64,000 bases of DNA, from assembly GCA_035063585.1 (NCBI GenBank), contig JAPSGB010000009.1, positions 32,001-96,000 of the forward strand. The letters are read 5' to 3'. Positions within the stretch are counted from its first letter, which is position 1. Each line of letters opens with the position of its first letter. This DNA comes from Polyangiaceae bacterium (GTDB lineage Bacteria > Myxococcota_A > Polyangia > Polyangiales > Polyangiaceae). Below are positions 1-9,541 of this stretch, piece by piece. The position numbers were made by a program, and so were the translations under genes. The notes beneath the pieces were generated by a model. It was not told the origin of the DNA. It was given only the letters and a program-made list of their open reading frames with translations, and searched no databases.

Positions 1-1
1 G

Positions 2-85
2 CTCTTCCCGCGCGCGGAGGCCGTGCTGCCGGATGCCGTCCTGGAGGCGGCCGGGAAGGCGGCCCTCGCCGCCCGGGAGGCGTGA
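2..85 (+). CDS. 3' end of a CDS truncated by the window edge (…LFPRAEAVLPDAVLEAAGKAALAAREA*), possibly a hemerythrin-like C-terminus
   Basis: Open frame with GC3-rich codons ending in TGA at 83-85, convergent with tal. The LFP-x-A-E pattern only weakly suggests hemerythrin. Confidence 0.35.
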   Translation, partial: LFPRAEAVLPDAVLEAAGKAALAAREA

Positions 86-94
86 GCGGCGGGA

Positions 95-1210
95 TCAGGC
101 CGCCTGCTGCTCCTTGCGGATCGTCGCGAGCAGCGCGTCGTAGGAGCCTGCGAACTTCCGGACGCCCTCCTCCTCGAGCTCGCGCGTCACCCCGTCGAAG
201 TCGATCCCGAGCTCGCGGAGCGCCGCGAGCGCGCGGTGTGCTTCGTCGAGGCCGTCGTGGATCCGGATCGCCGGCCGGCCGTGCTCGCGGAAGGCGCGCA
301 GCGTGGCGGGCGGCAGCGTGTCGACGCTGTCGGGCGCGATCAGGTGCTCGACGTAGTAGACGTCCGGGAAGGCCGGGTCCTTGGTCGAGGTCGAGGCCCA
401 GAGCGGGCGCTGGAGCCGTGCCCCGGCCGCCTCCAGGGCGGCGAAGCGCGGCGAGCGGAAGCGCGCCTCGAAGTGCTCGAAGGCGACCTTGGCGTTGGCG
501 ATCCCGATCTGCCCCCGGAGCGCGCGGATCCGCTCCGGGGCCGGCCCGCCCTTTGCCGCGGCGAGCGCGTCGAGCCGGCCGTCGACCTTCGTGTCCACGC
601 GGCTCACGAAGAAGCTCGCGACCGACGCCACGCGCTCCACGGGCAGGCGGCGCTCCACCCGCTCCTCGAGGGCGGCGAACCAGGCGTCGGCGACTTCCAG
701 GTAGCGGCGCACCGAGAAGAGCAGCGTGACGTTCACGTTGATCCCCTCGGCCAGGCACTGCCGGATGGCCGGGATCCCCTCCCGGGTGCCGGGGATCTTC
801 ACCATCACGTTCGGGCGCTCGCACGCCGTCCAGAGCCGGCGCACCTCCTCGATCGTTCCCGCCGTGTCGTGGGCCAGCGCCGGCCGCACCTCGATCGAGA
901 CGAAGCCGTCGCGCCCCTGGCTGCGGTCGTAGAGCGAGCGGAAGTGGTCGGCGGCCTCGCGGACGTCGGCGACGGCGAGCTGCTCGAAGACGGCCGCGGG
1001 CGGCGCGCCGGGCGGGCAGGCGCGGATCCGCTCGTCGTAGAGATCGGTCTCGCTGATGGCCTTGTCGAAGATCGTCGGGTTCGAGGTGATGCCGGCCAGG
1101 CCGTCCTCCTCGATCAGGCGATCGAGCTCGGCCGCGAAGAGGTCGCGGCGGATGTAGTCGAGCCAGACCGACTGACCGAGCTCCCGGAGCTGGACGAGCG
1201 GGTTGCCCAC
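95..1210 (-). CDS. tal: Transaldolase (long type)
   Basis: GTG at 1210. Motifs GQSVWLD, GITSNPTIF, VSIEV, VMVKIPGT (Schiff-base Lys), NVTLLFS, SFFVSRVD and LWASTSTK. Confidence 0.95.
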   Translation of the reverse strand: MGNPLVQLRELGQSVWLDYIRRDLFAAELDRLIEEDGLAGITSNPTIFDKAISETDLYDERIRACPPGAPPAAVFEQLAVADVREAADHFRSLYDRSQGRDGFVSIEVRPALAHDTAGTIEEVRRLWTACERPNVMVKIPGTREGIPAIRQCLAEGINVNVTLLFSVRRYLEVADAWFAALEERVERRLPVERVASVASFFVSRVDTKVDGRLDALAAAKGGPAPERIRALRGQIGIANAKVAFEHFEARFRSPRFAALEAAGARLQRPLWASTSTKDPAFPDVYYVEHLIAPDSVDTLPPATLRAFREHGRPAIRIHDGLDEAHRALAALRELGIDFDGVTRELEEEGVRKFAGSYDALLATIRKEQQAA

Positions 1211-1224
1211 GGGGCGCGCCGCGC

Positions 1225-1653
1225 TCAGGTGGCCAGGTGCGCGTCGAGGGTGATCTCGATGCTGCCGAGCGCCTTCGAGACGGGGCAGCCGAGCTTCGTC
1301 GCCTCGGCGTGTTGCGCGAAGGTGGCCGCGTCGATCCGGGGCACGCGCGCCTCGCAGCTCAGGTGGCTCGAGCGGATCGCGAAGCCGCCGCCCGCGGGCT
1401 CGATCGTGACCCGCGCCTCGGCAACGATCCGCTCGGGCGTGAATCCCGCCTGCCCGAGCGCCAGCGAGAGGGCCATCGCGAAGCAGCCGGCGTGCGCCGC
1501 CGCGAGCAGCTCCTCCGGGTTCGACCCGCCGCCCGCCTCGAAGCGCGAGCCGAACGAGTAGGACGGCTCGCAGCTCCCGCTCTCGAGGCTGATCTTCCCG
1601 GATCCCTCCTTCAGGCTTCCCTCCCAGCTCGCTCGCGCCTTGCGGGTCGGCAT
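1225..1653 (-). CDS. osmC: OsmC family peroxiredoxin
   Basis: MPTRKARASWEGSLKEGSG, NPEELLAAAHAGCF and CPVSKAL. Strong RBS AGGAGGAGGT upstream. Confidence 0.93.
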   Translation of the reverse strand: MPTRKARASWEGSLKEGSGKISLESGSCEPSYSFGSRFEAGGGSNPEELLAAAHAGCFAMALSLALGQAGFTPERIVAEARVTIEPAGGGFAIRSSHLSCEARVPRIDAATFAQHAEATKLGCPVSKALGSIEITLDAHLAT

Positions 1654-1815
1654 GACGGACACCTCCTCCTTCGGGAGCCCTGCCCGCACGCCTCCGTGCG
1701 CGCGTTTCAAAGCTCCATTCGCAGCATATGTTTTCCCCGGTCGCTGACAAGCGGAGCGCGCGGCCGGAGGGGGCGGGCAGCGCGACGGGGCCGTAACCGG
1801 GCCGGTCGAAGCCAT

Positions 1816-2145
1816 TCAGTGCTGGGTATCCCCGGCGCGGCGCATGTCCCAGGGCGTCCCCTCCCAGCCGGAGATCACGCCATGGTCGTCGCACACGGGG
1901 CACTCCCAGCGGATGCGCGTATCGGCGTCGATGACCGCCACGATCCGGCCCGTGCAGAGCCGCCGGCGCGGGCGCCGGCGGCAGCGCACCTGGGTCCGCG
2001 CGATGGTCTCGCGCGGCAGATCGCTCATCGCGACCACGATCGCGCCGAAGTGATCGGCGAGCCGCCGCGCCGGCCCGGGGAGATCCGGGAAGCCGCCGGT
2101 CTCGTCGAGGAAGTGCCGGACGTCCGTGACCCAGGTATTCCGCAC
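1816..2145 (-). CDS. Small hypothetical protein with a probable Zn ribbon
   Basis: CRRRPRRRLC…WECPVC (4 Cys) and a Trp-rich tail GVISGWEGTPWD. Codon usage is coding-like. Confidence 0.7.
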   Translation of the reverse strand: MRNTWVTDVRHFLDETGGFPDLPGPARRLADHFGAIVVAMSDLPRETIARTQVRCRRRPRRRLCTGRIVAVIDADTRIRWECPVCDDHGVISGWEGTPWDMRRAGDTQH

Positions 2146-2353
2146 GCGCTCGCCCCTCCGCCGTCACCGCCAGGCACGTCACGCAGTCGTCGAAGTCGTC
2201 GGGCTCCACCCTCGCGCAGCCCCGGGGCCCCGGCAAGTCGGGAGCCCCGGGCCGCGCGCCGGGCCGGGCACTCCGCGGACGAGGCCCACCCGGGCCAGCG
2301 GGCGCCCGGAGCCCCTCCGGGCCGCGATCGTGCGAAGGCGTGCCGGATCGGGG

Positions 2354-3289
2354 ATGATCCGGGGCATGCTGAGCGCCCGGCTGACCGGCAGCTATCGCGA
2401 GGACGGCCGCTACCCGTCGGCGATCGTCAACGTCACGAACTTCTGCAACCTCGCCTGCGCCCACTGCTTCGTCTTCCGCGACGGCAATCCGAACCAGGCG
2501 CCGCGCTCGATCCGCAGCGAGCCCGCCGACGCCGAGATCCTCGAGACCCTGCGCGCCCTGCGCGACCGCCACGGGATCGTCTCGATGCTCTGGATGGGCG
2601 GGGAGCCGCTGCTCAAGCCCGGGCTCCTGGCGCAGGGCATCCCCCTCTTCGCGCGCAACACGGTGACCACCAACGGCACCGTGCCGCTCGTGGACTTCGG
2701 GCCCGAGGTCCTCTACGTCGTGAGCCTCGACGGCCCCGAGGACCTGAACGACCGCCTGCGCGGCGAGGGCACCTACCGGCGCGTGATGAAGACGCTCGCC
2801 GGGATCCCCGCCGGCTTCCGCTCGCCCGTGCAGGTGCAGTGCGTGGTGACGCGCCGCAACCAGGACCGGCTCGAGGAGCTGGTCGAGGCCGTGCACGCGA
2901 CGCGCGCGGGCTGGATGACCTTCTCCTTCTACGTCCCGCGCGCCGGCGACTTCGGCGAGGACGCCTGGCCCGACAACAGCGCGCGCGCGGAGGCCGTGCA
3001 CGAGGTGATGCGGCTGCGCGCCGCGTACCCGGGCTTCGTCCGCAACACCCGCCGCTCGCTCGAGCTGATGCTGCCCGAGGCGGCCCGGCGCGTCACCGAC
3101 GCCTGTCCGGCAAAGCAGTTCGTGCTGCCGCTCTACCTGGAGCCCGAGGGCTTCGTGACGCCCTTCTGCTGCTACGGCAACGACGTCGACTGCGAGCGCT
3201 GCGGCGCGTGGGTGGTGTTCCATCTCGCCGCGCGCCTCGAGGCCGGCCCGGCGCGAGGCGGGGCCGCGGCCGAGCCCGCGGCCCCGTGA
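2354..3289 (+). CDS. Radical SAM protein with a C-terminal auxiliary Cys cluster
   Basis: CNLACAHC (CxxxCxxC), GGEPLL, TTNG and VSLDG. C-terminal C…CC…CERC. Confidence 0.9.
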   Translation: MIRGMLSARLTGSYREDGRYPSAIVNVTNFCNLACAHCFVFRDGNPNQAPRSIRSEPADAEILETLRALRDRHGIVSMLWMGGEPLLKPGLLAQGIPLFARNTVTTNGTVPLVDFGPEVLYVVSLDGPEDLNDRLRGEGTYRRVMKTLAGIPAGFRSPVQVQCVVTRRNQDRLEELVEAVHATRAGWMTFSFYVPRAGDFGEDAWPDNSARAEAVHEVMRLRAAYPGFVRNTRRSLELMLPEAARRVTDACPAKQFVLPLYLEPEGFVTPFCCYGNDVDCERCGAWVVFHLAARLEAGPARGGAAAEPAAP

Positions 3290-3314
3290 GGCGCCGCCCG
3301 CGCGCGCGCGCCTC

Positions 3315-4346
3315 GTGAGCGCGGGGCCCGCGAAGCCCCGCCGCTACTGGGGCTTCCTGAACGCCCAGCCCGCCCCTGTGCTCGCGATGCTCGCGCGGCA
3401 GGCCGAGGCGCAGGGGCTGGCCGGCGTCTTCGCCGCCCAGGTCTACGGGCCACCCTTCGTACCGCTCGCGGCCGCCGCCATGGTGACCGAGCGCATCCAG
3501 CTCGCGAGCGGGATCGCGATCGCCGCGGCGCGCAGCCCCTTCGAGACCGCGATGGCGGCGATCGATCTCGACCGGATCTCGGGCGGCCGCTTCGTACTGG
3601 GGCTCGGCGCGAGCGTGCTCTCGTGGACGCGCGACGTCTTCGGTGCGCCCGAGCACCGCCCGCTCGCGCACCTGCGCGAGACCGTCGCCGCCGTGCGTCA
3701 CGTGATCCGCGGCGCCCATCGCGGCCTCGAGCCCTTCGCCGGCACCTGGTACCGCGCCGGCTTCCGCGAGCTCCAGCCGTCGGCCCCGCCGCTGCGCGAG
3801 GAGATCCCGATCTGGATCGCCGCGCTCCGCGGCCCCGCCGTCCGGCTCGCCGCCGAGATCGCACAGGGGGTCATGGGGCATCCGATGTGGTCGATCGACT
3901 GGGCCGTCGAGCGCATGCAGCCCGACCTGCGCGCCGGCCTCGCCCGGGCCGGCCGCCGGCGCGAGGACATCGACCTGAACCTGTGGCTCTGGGTGGCGCC
4001 GAACCCGGACGAGGCCGAGGCGATCGAGGACGCGCGCCCGACGATCGCCTTCTACGCGGGCATCGCGCAGTACGAGTCCTTCTTCGAGGCGCACGGCTTC
4101 GGCGCGCAGGCGCGCCGGCTCCAGGAGGCCGTGAAGAGCCGCCGGGCGCTCGCCGCCGGCGCGCTCGTCCCCGACGACATGGTGCGCGCCTTCGTGCTGT
4201 GCGGAAAGCCCGACTCCGTGCGCGCGCGCATCGAGCGCGCCTGGACCGTCGCCGACTCGCTCTGCCTCGTGCCCCCCGCCTACGCCCTCCCGCCCGAGAA
4301 GCTCCTCTTCTACGGCCAGGCGATCGCCAAGCTCTTCTACGGCTGA
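3315..4346 (+). CDS. LLM-class flavin/F420-dependent oxidoreductase
   Basis: TERIQLASGIAIAAARSP, DRISGGRFVLGLG and IPIWIAALRGP are luciferase-like TIM-barrel motifs. Confidence 0.9.
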   Translation: MSAGPAKPRRYWGFLNAQPAPVLAMLARQAEAQGLAGVFAAQVYGPPFVPLAAAAMVTERIQLASGIAIAAARSPFETAMAAIDLDRISGGRFVLGLGASVLSWTRDVFGAPEHRPLAHLRETVAAVRHVIRGAHRGLEPFAGTWYRAGFRELQPSAPPLREEIPIWIAALRGPAVRLAAEIAQGVMGHPMWSIDWAVERMQPDLRAGLARAGRRREDIDLNLWLWVAPNPDEAEAIEDARPTIAFYAGIAQYESFFEAHGFGAQARRLQEAVKSRRALAAGALVPDDMVRAFVLCGKPDSVRARIERAWTVADSLCLVPPAYALPPEKLLFYGQAIAKLFYG

Positions 4347-4439
4347 GCAGGCTCGCTCCGCCGGCCCGTGTTCACGAGGCGCCCGCGCATGCGCGCCGGC
4401 GGCGATGAGCGGGCTCCACGCCTCCTGCGATCGGGCCGC

Positions 4440-5171
4440 TCAGGTCCGCCGCGCCCAGCCCGCGATGAGCAGCGCCACCCCGATGGCCACGAGCGCGAGG
4501 GCACGCGGCTCCGGCACGGAGACCAGCTCGAGGAGGCCGAAACCCGCGAAGTTCCTGCCCCCCCGAGGTTGGTGAGGACCGTGAGCGGGCTCACCAGCAG
4601 GAGCCGCCCGGCGCCGCCGGGTGTCAGCTCGTTGCTCCCCGTCCGCACCTGCGGCGCGGTCGCCCCGGGCAGCCACACGCTGGCGGTGCCCGCGGTCCAC
4701 GTGTCCGAGATCGCGGTCAGGTTGATGCCGAGTTCGCTGCGGGTCTCGGTGACGGCGCCGCCGAGCCGGAGCGGGACGCTCCGGAGGACGAGGCTGTACG
4801 CCTGGAGGTCGTAGGGGCCCCGGAACGTGGCCGCCCCGCCGAGCGGGGAGCCCGTGAAGGCGCCCGCGTCGTTGCTGTCCATGTAGACGTAGATCCCGCT
4901 GATCGGTACGGCGGCGGGATCGGTGGCCGACGTGATCACGGTGCCGGCGAACGCGGTTCCGGCGTCCACGGTCGCCTCCAGGTTGCCCAGGGTCTGGCCG
5001 GTCGCCCCCGTGGCGGGGAAGGTGACCGCCGGCAGGGCACCGATCTCGACGCGCAGCTGCGCGGAGGTCAGCAAGCCCGCGGCGGCCGGGCCGGCGGCGA
5101 GCAGCGCCAGCGACGAGGAGGCGCGGGAGCCGGCCTCGTGCGCGCGGAGGTCCTGTGTGCCCGCTGCCCAT
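4440..5171 (-). pseudogene. PEP-CTERM sorted protein with two compensating frameshifts (pseudogene or sequence error)
   Basis: The N-terminus (ATG 5171, RBS GGGGAGGA) and the VPEP-TM-WARRT tail lie in one frame. The signal peptide/body (LALLAAGPAAAG…SPLTVLTNLGG) lies in another. Shifts occur near 5111 and at a 7-nt homopolymer, 4558-4564. Confidence 0.75.
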
Positions 5172-5433
5172 CGCTGATTCCTCCCCGCTCTCGCCCCCGG
5201 GCGCTCTACCATGACCGCGGGCACCAGGGGAAGCGCGGACTCCGCCGGCCAGCCGCCGCCCGGACCGAAGCCCCGGCCGCGGCGCGAGGATGAGGCGGAC
5301 AGGTCCGGCGTCGCGACCGGTCCGGACGGGAACCCGCGTCTACCGGGTGCTCCGGCGCCTACCGGGGCGGGATGGCGACCCGCTGGAACGGTGCAACGCG
5401 CAAACCTGCTGCCGGAAGTGGGTCAGAGGGCCT

Positions 5434-6399
5434 TCACGAACGCCGCTGCCGGAGTGCCAGTCCGGTGAGCCCCGTGATCAGGAGCAGCATCGCTCCAGGC
5501 TCGGGCAGGCTCGCGACACGGAAGCCGAGGAAGGAGCCCTCGTTCGTCGGGTCGCCGCGGCCCCGATACGACGCGGCGAGGTGGCCGACGACGCTGTAGA
5601 ACGTTCCCCCCCGGACGCCCCGGTAGGTGTCACTCACGATCGTGTCGTTCCACTCCCGCACGTTCCCGCCCTGATCGAAGGTCCCGTACGGGCTCGCCGA
5701 GTTCACGTAGGCGCCCACCTGGGTCACGTTGCCGACGACGAGCGAGCAGTTCGCGGTGTTCGGCGTCCCTCCCGGTGCCGCGCAGGTGGTCACCGCGTCC
5801 GAGCCCGCCGGGTAGTCGAAGTAGTTCGCCGAGAGCCCGTCGTAGTACGCCGCCTTGTACCACTCGTTCTCGCTCGGCAGGAAGGTGATTGCGCCGGCGT
5901 TGCGCGTCACCGTGAGGCCGTTGCTCGGTGTCGCGGTCCCGCCGAGGAGCGTGTAGGCGCCGGTCTCCGTGTCCCCCACGCCCTGCCCGTTTCCGAGCCA
6001 GTTCACGAAACGCATCGCGTCGTAGGCCGACACCCAGTTCACCGCCTTGGTCTCCCAGCCGGCCTTCACGGAGTACGTGTAGCTGCCGGCGGAGCCGCTG
6101 CGGGTGATCCCGCCGCTCGTCCCTGCCATCTGGGTGTTGTAGAGCCCGAGCGGGTCCGACACGGCCTTGGCCGTCAGGAACTCCGCGTACTGTTCGTTCG
6201 TGACCTCGTACTTCCCGATCCGGTAGGGATCCGCGACGGAGCCGCAGCCGGCCGAGTAGCAGTTGCCGGCGGTGTCCGCGGCGTTGCCGGGGTCACCGAT
6301 CGGGATCCAGTCGATGGTTACCGCCGAGGCGGGAACCGAGAGGAGCGCGCAGCCAGCCAGGGCGAGCAGCGAGCGCATCCGAAGCAGCATCTGCCACAT
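5434..6399 (-). CDS. FGE-sulfatase (SUMF1/C-type lectin fold) domain protein with PEP-CTERM
   Basis: Signal peptide, IGKYEVTNEQY, LPSENEWYKAA, YGTFDQGGNVREW, RGG, GFRVA, then LPEP-TM-RQRRS. Confidence 0.9.
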   Translation of the reverse strand: MWQMLLRMRSLLALAGCALLSVPASAVTIDWIPIGDPGNAADTAGNCYSAGCGSVADPYRIGKYEVTNEQYAEFLTAKAVSDPLGLYNTQMAGTSGGITRSGSAGSYTYSVKAGWETKAVNWVSAYDAMRFVNWLGNGQGVGDTETGAYTLLGGTATPSNGLTVTRNAGAITFLPSENEWYKAAYYDGLSANYFDYPAGSDAVTTCAAPGGTPNTANCSLVVGNVTQVGAYVNSASPYGTFDQGGNVREWNDTIVSDTYRGVRGGTFYSVVGHLAASYRGRGDPTNEGSFLGFRVASLPEPGAMLLLITGLTGLALRQRRS

Positions 6400-6565
6400 C
6401 CTTTTCCAGGGAGCCGGTGCAGGGTCCAGCCGGCAATGGGTGTTTTATACCGCACTTTGCTGGGGTCAGACGGGAGCCCCTCCCCAGCGGATGCCTCTTC
6501 CTATGTGTCCATCCAGGCGGCGGAGTGTCACGCAGGCGGTACGGACACCTGGCAGAAGCCCCCTT

Positions 6566-6581
6566 GGGGGGGGGGGGGGGG
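6566..6581. repeat. G16 homopolymer, probable contig junction or artefact
   Basis: Sixteen consecutive G. A membrane-protein ORF runs into it and loses coding character. Confidence 0.7.
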
Positions 6582-7330
6582 AAGCAGGTGGCGGCGCGCG
6601 GCGCCTCGCGGCCGCGAGCCGGGGTACGCGAGTACGAGCCTGGGGAAGCGCTCTCGTCCACGCCGGCCGGTCACCGCCACCGCCGTCGCGAGCGTGCGCG
6701 CTCGCTCGCGTGAGCAGCGCGACCAGCGCCGCGAGGCCCGCGAGCGCGCCGCCGGCGCGCGCCACCGCGCGCGGCGAGCGCGCCGCGAGCGCGACCGCGA
6801 CCCGGAGCACCGCCCGGCCGCCGGCCGCGACGCCCAGACAGAGCCCCGCGAGCCCGGCCGTGAACCCCGGGTATCCGATGAACGCGACGTGGACGAAGTC
6901 ACGCCACCCGTTGGCGACGAACTCGAGCGCGCCCATCGTGATGAACGAGCCCGAGAGCACGCACACGAGCGCGCTCGTGAGGTGGAGCGCGACGGCGAGC
7001 GTGGCCGCGCCGACCATCAGCCCCGACGCGAGCGCCCGGCCGCGTCGTGACCGCCCGAGCCCGCTCACCACCGCGCCGAGCGCGCCGAAGCCGAGCGCCG
7101 AGCCGGCGACCGTGACGCCGAAGCCGAGCGCGCGCGCGGTGAGCGAGACGGGCGCGCCGCCGAGTAGCGGTACGGCGAGCGCATCGACGAGGCCGAGCGC
7201 GACGCCGAACGTGACGCCGAAGGCGAGCGAGCCCGAGAGCCAGGCGGCGCGGGCGTGAGCCGGAGGGGCGCCCGCCGGCGCGGACGGCGAAGGAGGACCG
7301 AAAGGAATGCGCGGATCCTAGGCTACTCAT
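6582..7330 (-). pseudogene. 5' part of a polytopic membrane protein (possibly an LTA-synthase/sulfatase-type N-terminus), frameshifted and truncated
   Basis: Several TM segments (…AWLSGSLAFGVTFGVALG…SFITMGALEFVANG…). The ATG at 7330 is out of frame with the TM frame, with a shift near 7255-7270. No catalytic domain appears before the G16 run. Confidence 0.5.
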
Positions 7331-7433
7331 GCGGCGCGCAGGAAATACTCTGCAAGTTCTTCGCCCGAGCCGCCGAGGCGCGGCTCCTGCCGCCGAGATG
7401 GGCTAGGCTCACGCCTCGAACCGCCGGCCGACC

Positions 7434-8459
7434 ATGCCCGAAATCGCAGTCATCCTGAACCCGAACTCCCGCAAGAACCGCCGCGCCCAGGCGGGGCGCG
7501 TCGGTCGGCTCGCCCGCGCGCTCGGCGCGCGCGGGGTGGTTCGCGAGACGCCGAGCCTCGACGCGCTGCCCGAGACGCTCCGCGAGCTGCTCGCCGACGA
7601 CGAGCTCCGCTATCTGGTCGCCGACGGCGGAGACGGGTCGCTCCACTGGGTGTTGAACGAGTCGCTGGCGGTGCTCGCCGAGGCCGCCCTGCGCGCTCGG
7701 CCGCTCCCGCCCATCATGCCCACCAACGGCGGCACCATCGACTTCGTGGCGCGCAAGGTGGGCATCCGCGGCGACGCCGAGAACTTGGTGGGGCGTCTCG
7801 CCTCCGAGCTCTCGCTCGGCGCCGCGCCGCAGATCGTCGAGGTCGACACGCTCGAGCTCACCGGGACGCAGCTCCGCCCGGACGGTCGCGAGCAGCCCTT
7901 CCGCAAGCTCGGCTTCGCGCTCGCCGCGGGCGGCATCGGCCAGCGCTTCTTCGACAAGTACTACCGCGAGCGCGAGCTCGGCGCGGGCGCCATCGTACGC
8001 GTGGTCACCCGCGCGGTCGCGAGCCACCTCGCCGAGCGCGCCGGCGCGCCGCTACCCGAGAAGGCGCTCCGCTACGGTCGCGAGGTCTTCAGCCCGACCC
8101 CGGCGCGCGTCACCATCGACGGCGAGCGCGTCCCCGGGAGCCGACACGGCGCCATCCACGCCGGCTCGATCGACGTGGTGCTCGGCGGCGTGTTCCGTGT
8201 CTTCCCGCTCGCGCGCGAGCCCGGCCAGCTCCACTTCCAGGCGGGCGACATCCGCCCCCTCGAGATCATCCGCGCGATCCCCGAGCTCGTGCGCGGCGGC
8301 GCCATCCCGAGCCGACACCTGGTCGAGAAGGCGGGGCGCGAGATGCTCATCGAGGCCGACGGCGAGCTGCTCTGCCCGGTCATCGACGGCGAGCTCTTCC
8401 GCGGCCTCACCCGCCTCGAGGTGCGCGCGGGGCCGCGCGTGCGGGTGCCGCGGGTCTAG
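7434..8459 (+). CDS. Diacylglycerol/sphingosine kinase family protein
   Basis: ILNPNS, DGGDGS, PTNGGTID and VIDGE. Confidence 0.85.
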   Translation: MPEIAVILNPNSRKNRRAQAGRVGRLARALGARGVVRETPSLDALPETLRELLADDELRYLVADGGDGSLHWVLNESLAVLAEAALRARPLPPIMPTNGGTIDFVARKVGIRGDAENLVGRLASELSLGAAPQIVEVDTLELTGTQLRPDGREQPFRKLGFALAAGGIGQRFFDKYYRERELGAGAIVRVVTRAVASHLAERAGAPLPEKALRYGREVFSPTPARVTIDGERVPGSRHGAIHAGSIDVVLGGVFRVFPLAREPGQLHFQAGDIRPLEIIRAIPELVRGGAIPSRHLVEKAGREMLIEADGELLCPVIDGELFRGLTRLEVRAGPRVRVPRV

Positions 8460-8491
8460 CTGGCGGCGGTCCGGCGCGGCCGGCGGCGCGC

Positions 8492-9541
8492 TCAGGGCAC
8501 GCGCCGCGTCCACTCGTCGGTCGAGAACTTCGTGCGCACGAGCTCACGCGCGCGCTCGAGCTCGACCTTGCGATAGCTCCCCGCGCGGGTCGAGTGCCCG
8601 GCGCGGAAGGAGTCGAGCAGCGACTCGATGATGGCCGCGCGCGTCATCCCGGTCTGCGACTTCATCGGGTCCACCCGCTTCACCGCGCTCCTTACGCCCT
8701 TGTCGGAGAGCTTCTCCCGGCCGATCCGGATGACCTTTACCATCTTCTCCGCGTCGATGTCATAAGCCATGGTCGCGTGATGGAGGACGACCCCGGCGGC
8801 GAGCCGTCGCTGGGCGGCGCCGCCGATCTTGCCCTTGTCGGAGGCGATGTCGTTGATGGGCACATAGCGCGCCTTCACGCCCACGCGCCCGAGCGCCTCC
8901 ACCACCCAGGCGTCGAGGAACGCGTAGCTCTGGATGAAGCTCATCCCCTCCACGAGCGAGGTCGGCACCACGAGCGAGTAGGTGATGCAGTTACCCGGCT
9001 CCATGAACATGGCGCCGCCACCCGAGACGCGGCGAACCACGCCGATCCCGAATTTTCTCGCGTTCTCCTCGTCGATCTCGTTCTTGTATGACTGATACGA
9101 GCCAATCACGACGAGCGGCGAGTCCCAGTCCCAAATGCGAAAGAGCGGGCCGCGCTCGCCGTCAGCGACCGCGCGGGTCAGCACCTCGTCGAGCGCGACA
9201 TGCATCACGGGCGGCAGCGTGACCGGCTCGATGACGTCGAAGACGTGATCTTCGAAGCGCGTGGCCGCGCCCACCGCGCGCCGCACCGCGACGCCGACCG
9301 CCGCGGCGTCGAAGCCGATCATCTCGACCTCGGGCCCGAGCCGCGCGCTGATCGCGGCGGCGAGCTCCGGGCCGCGCATGGTCGCGGGCAGGCCCTCGAG
9401 CGCCGCGTCGAGCTCTCCGAGCGCCGAGTCCGGCTCGAGGAAGAAATCTCCGGCGACCCGCACGTTCCTGAAGTGTCCGTCCACGAGCTCGAGCTCGACC
9501 GAGACCAATTTTCCACCGGGAACCTTGTACTCACCGCGCAC
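8492..9541 (-). CDS. lplA: Lipoate-protein ligase A, circularly permuted (small domain at the N-terminus)
   Basis: N-terminal KVPGGKLV…GDFFLEP. Catalytic domain RRVSGGGAMF, NDI, KIGGAAQ and HHATM. Confidence 0.9.
   Translation of the reverse strand: MRGEYKVPGGKLVSVELELVDGHFRNVRVAGDFFLEPDSALGELDAALEGLPATMRGPELAAAISARLGPEVEMIGFDAAAVGVAVRRAVGAATRFEDHVFDVIEPVTLPPVMHVALDEVLTRAVADGERGPLFRIWDWDSPLVVIGSYQSYKNEIDEENARKFGIGVVRRVSGGGAMFMEPGNCITYSLVVPTSLVEGMSFIQSYAFLDAWVVEALGRVGVKARYVPINDIASDKGKIGGAAQRRLAAGVVLHHATMAYDIDAEKMVKVIRIGREKLSDKGVRSAVKRVDPMKSQTGMTRAAIIESLLDSFRAGHSTRAGSYRKVELERARELVRTKFSTDEWTRRVP

Noticed and set aside
95..3223. 1042-aa ORF as a giant transaldolase fusion, and likewise the 954-aa S46 ORF at 28787-31651
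   Set aside because: The upstream parts are antisense or off-frame shadows of real genes in stop-poor high-GC DNA. The true starts are 1210 and 31018.
5290..5433. GCAAACC…GGAAGTGGG resembling part of a c-di-GMP-I riboswitch
   Set aside because: The downstream GACGCAAAGC element is missing and the orientation is opposite to the flanking genes.
5434..5700. FGE/C-type-lectin protein ending in …RGG…GFRV as a diversity-generating retroelement target
   Set aside because: No second copy of the 3' region (template repeat) and no reverse transcriptase in the window. A remote DGR cannot be excluded without a genome-wide search.
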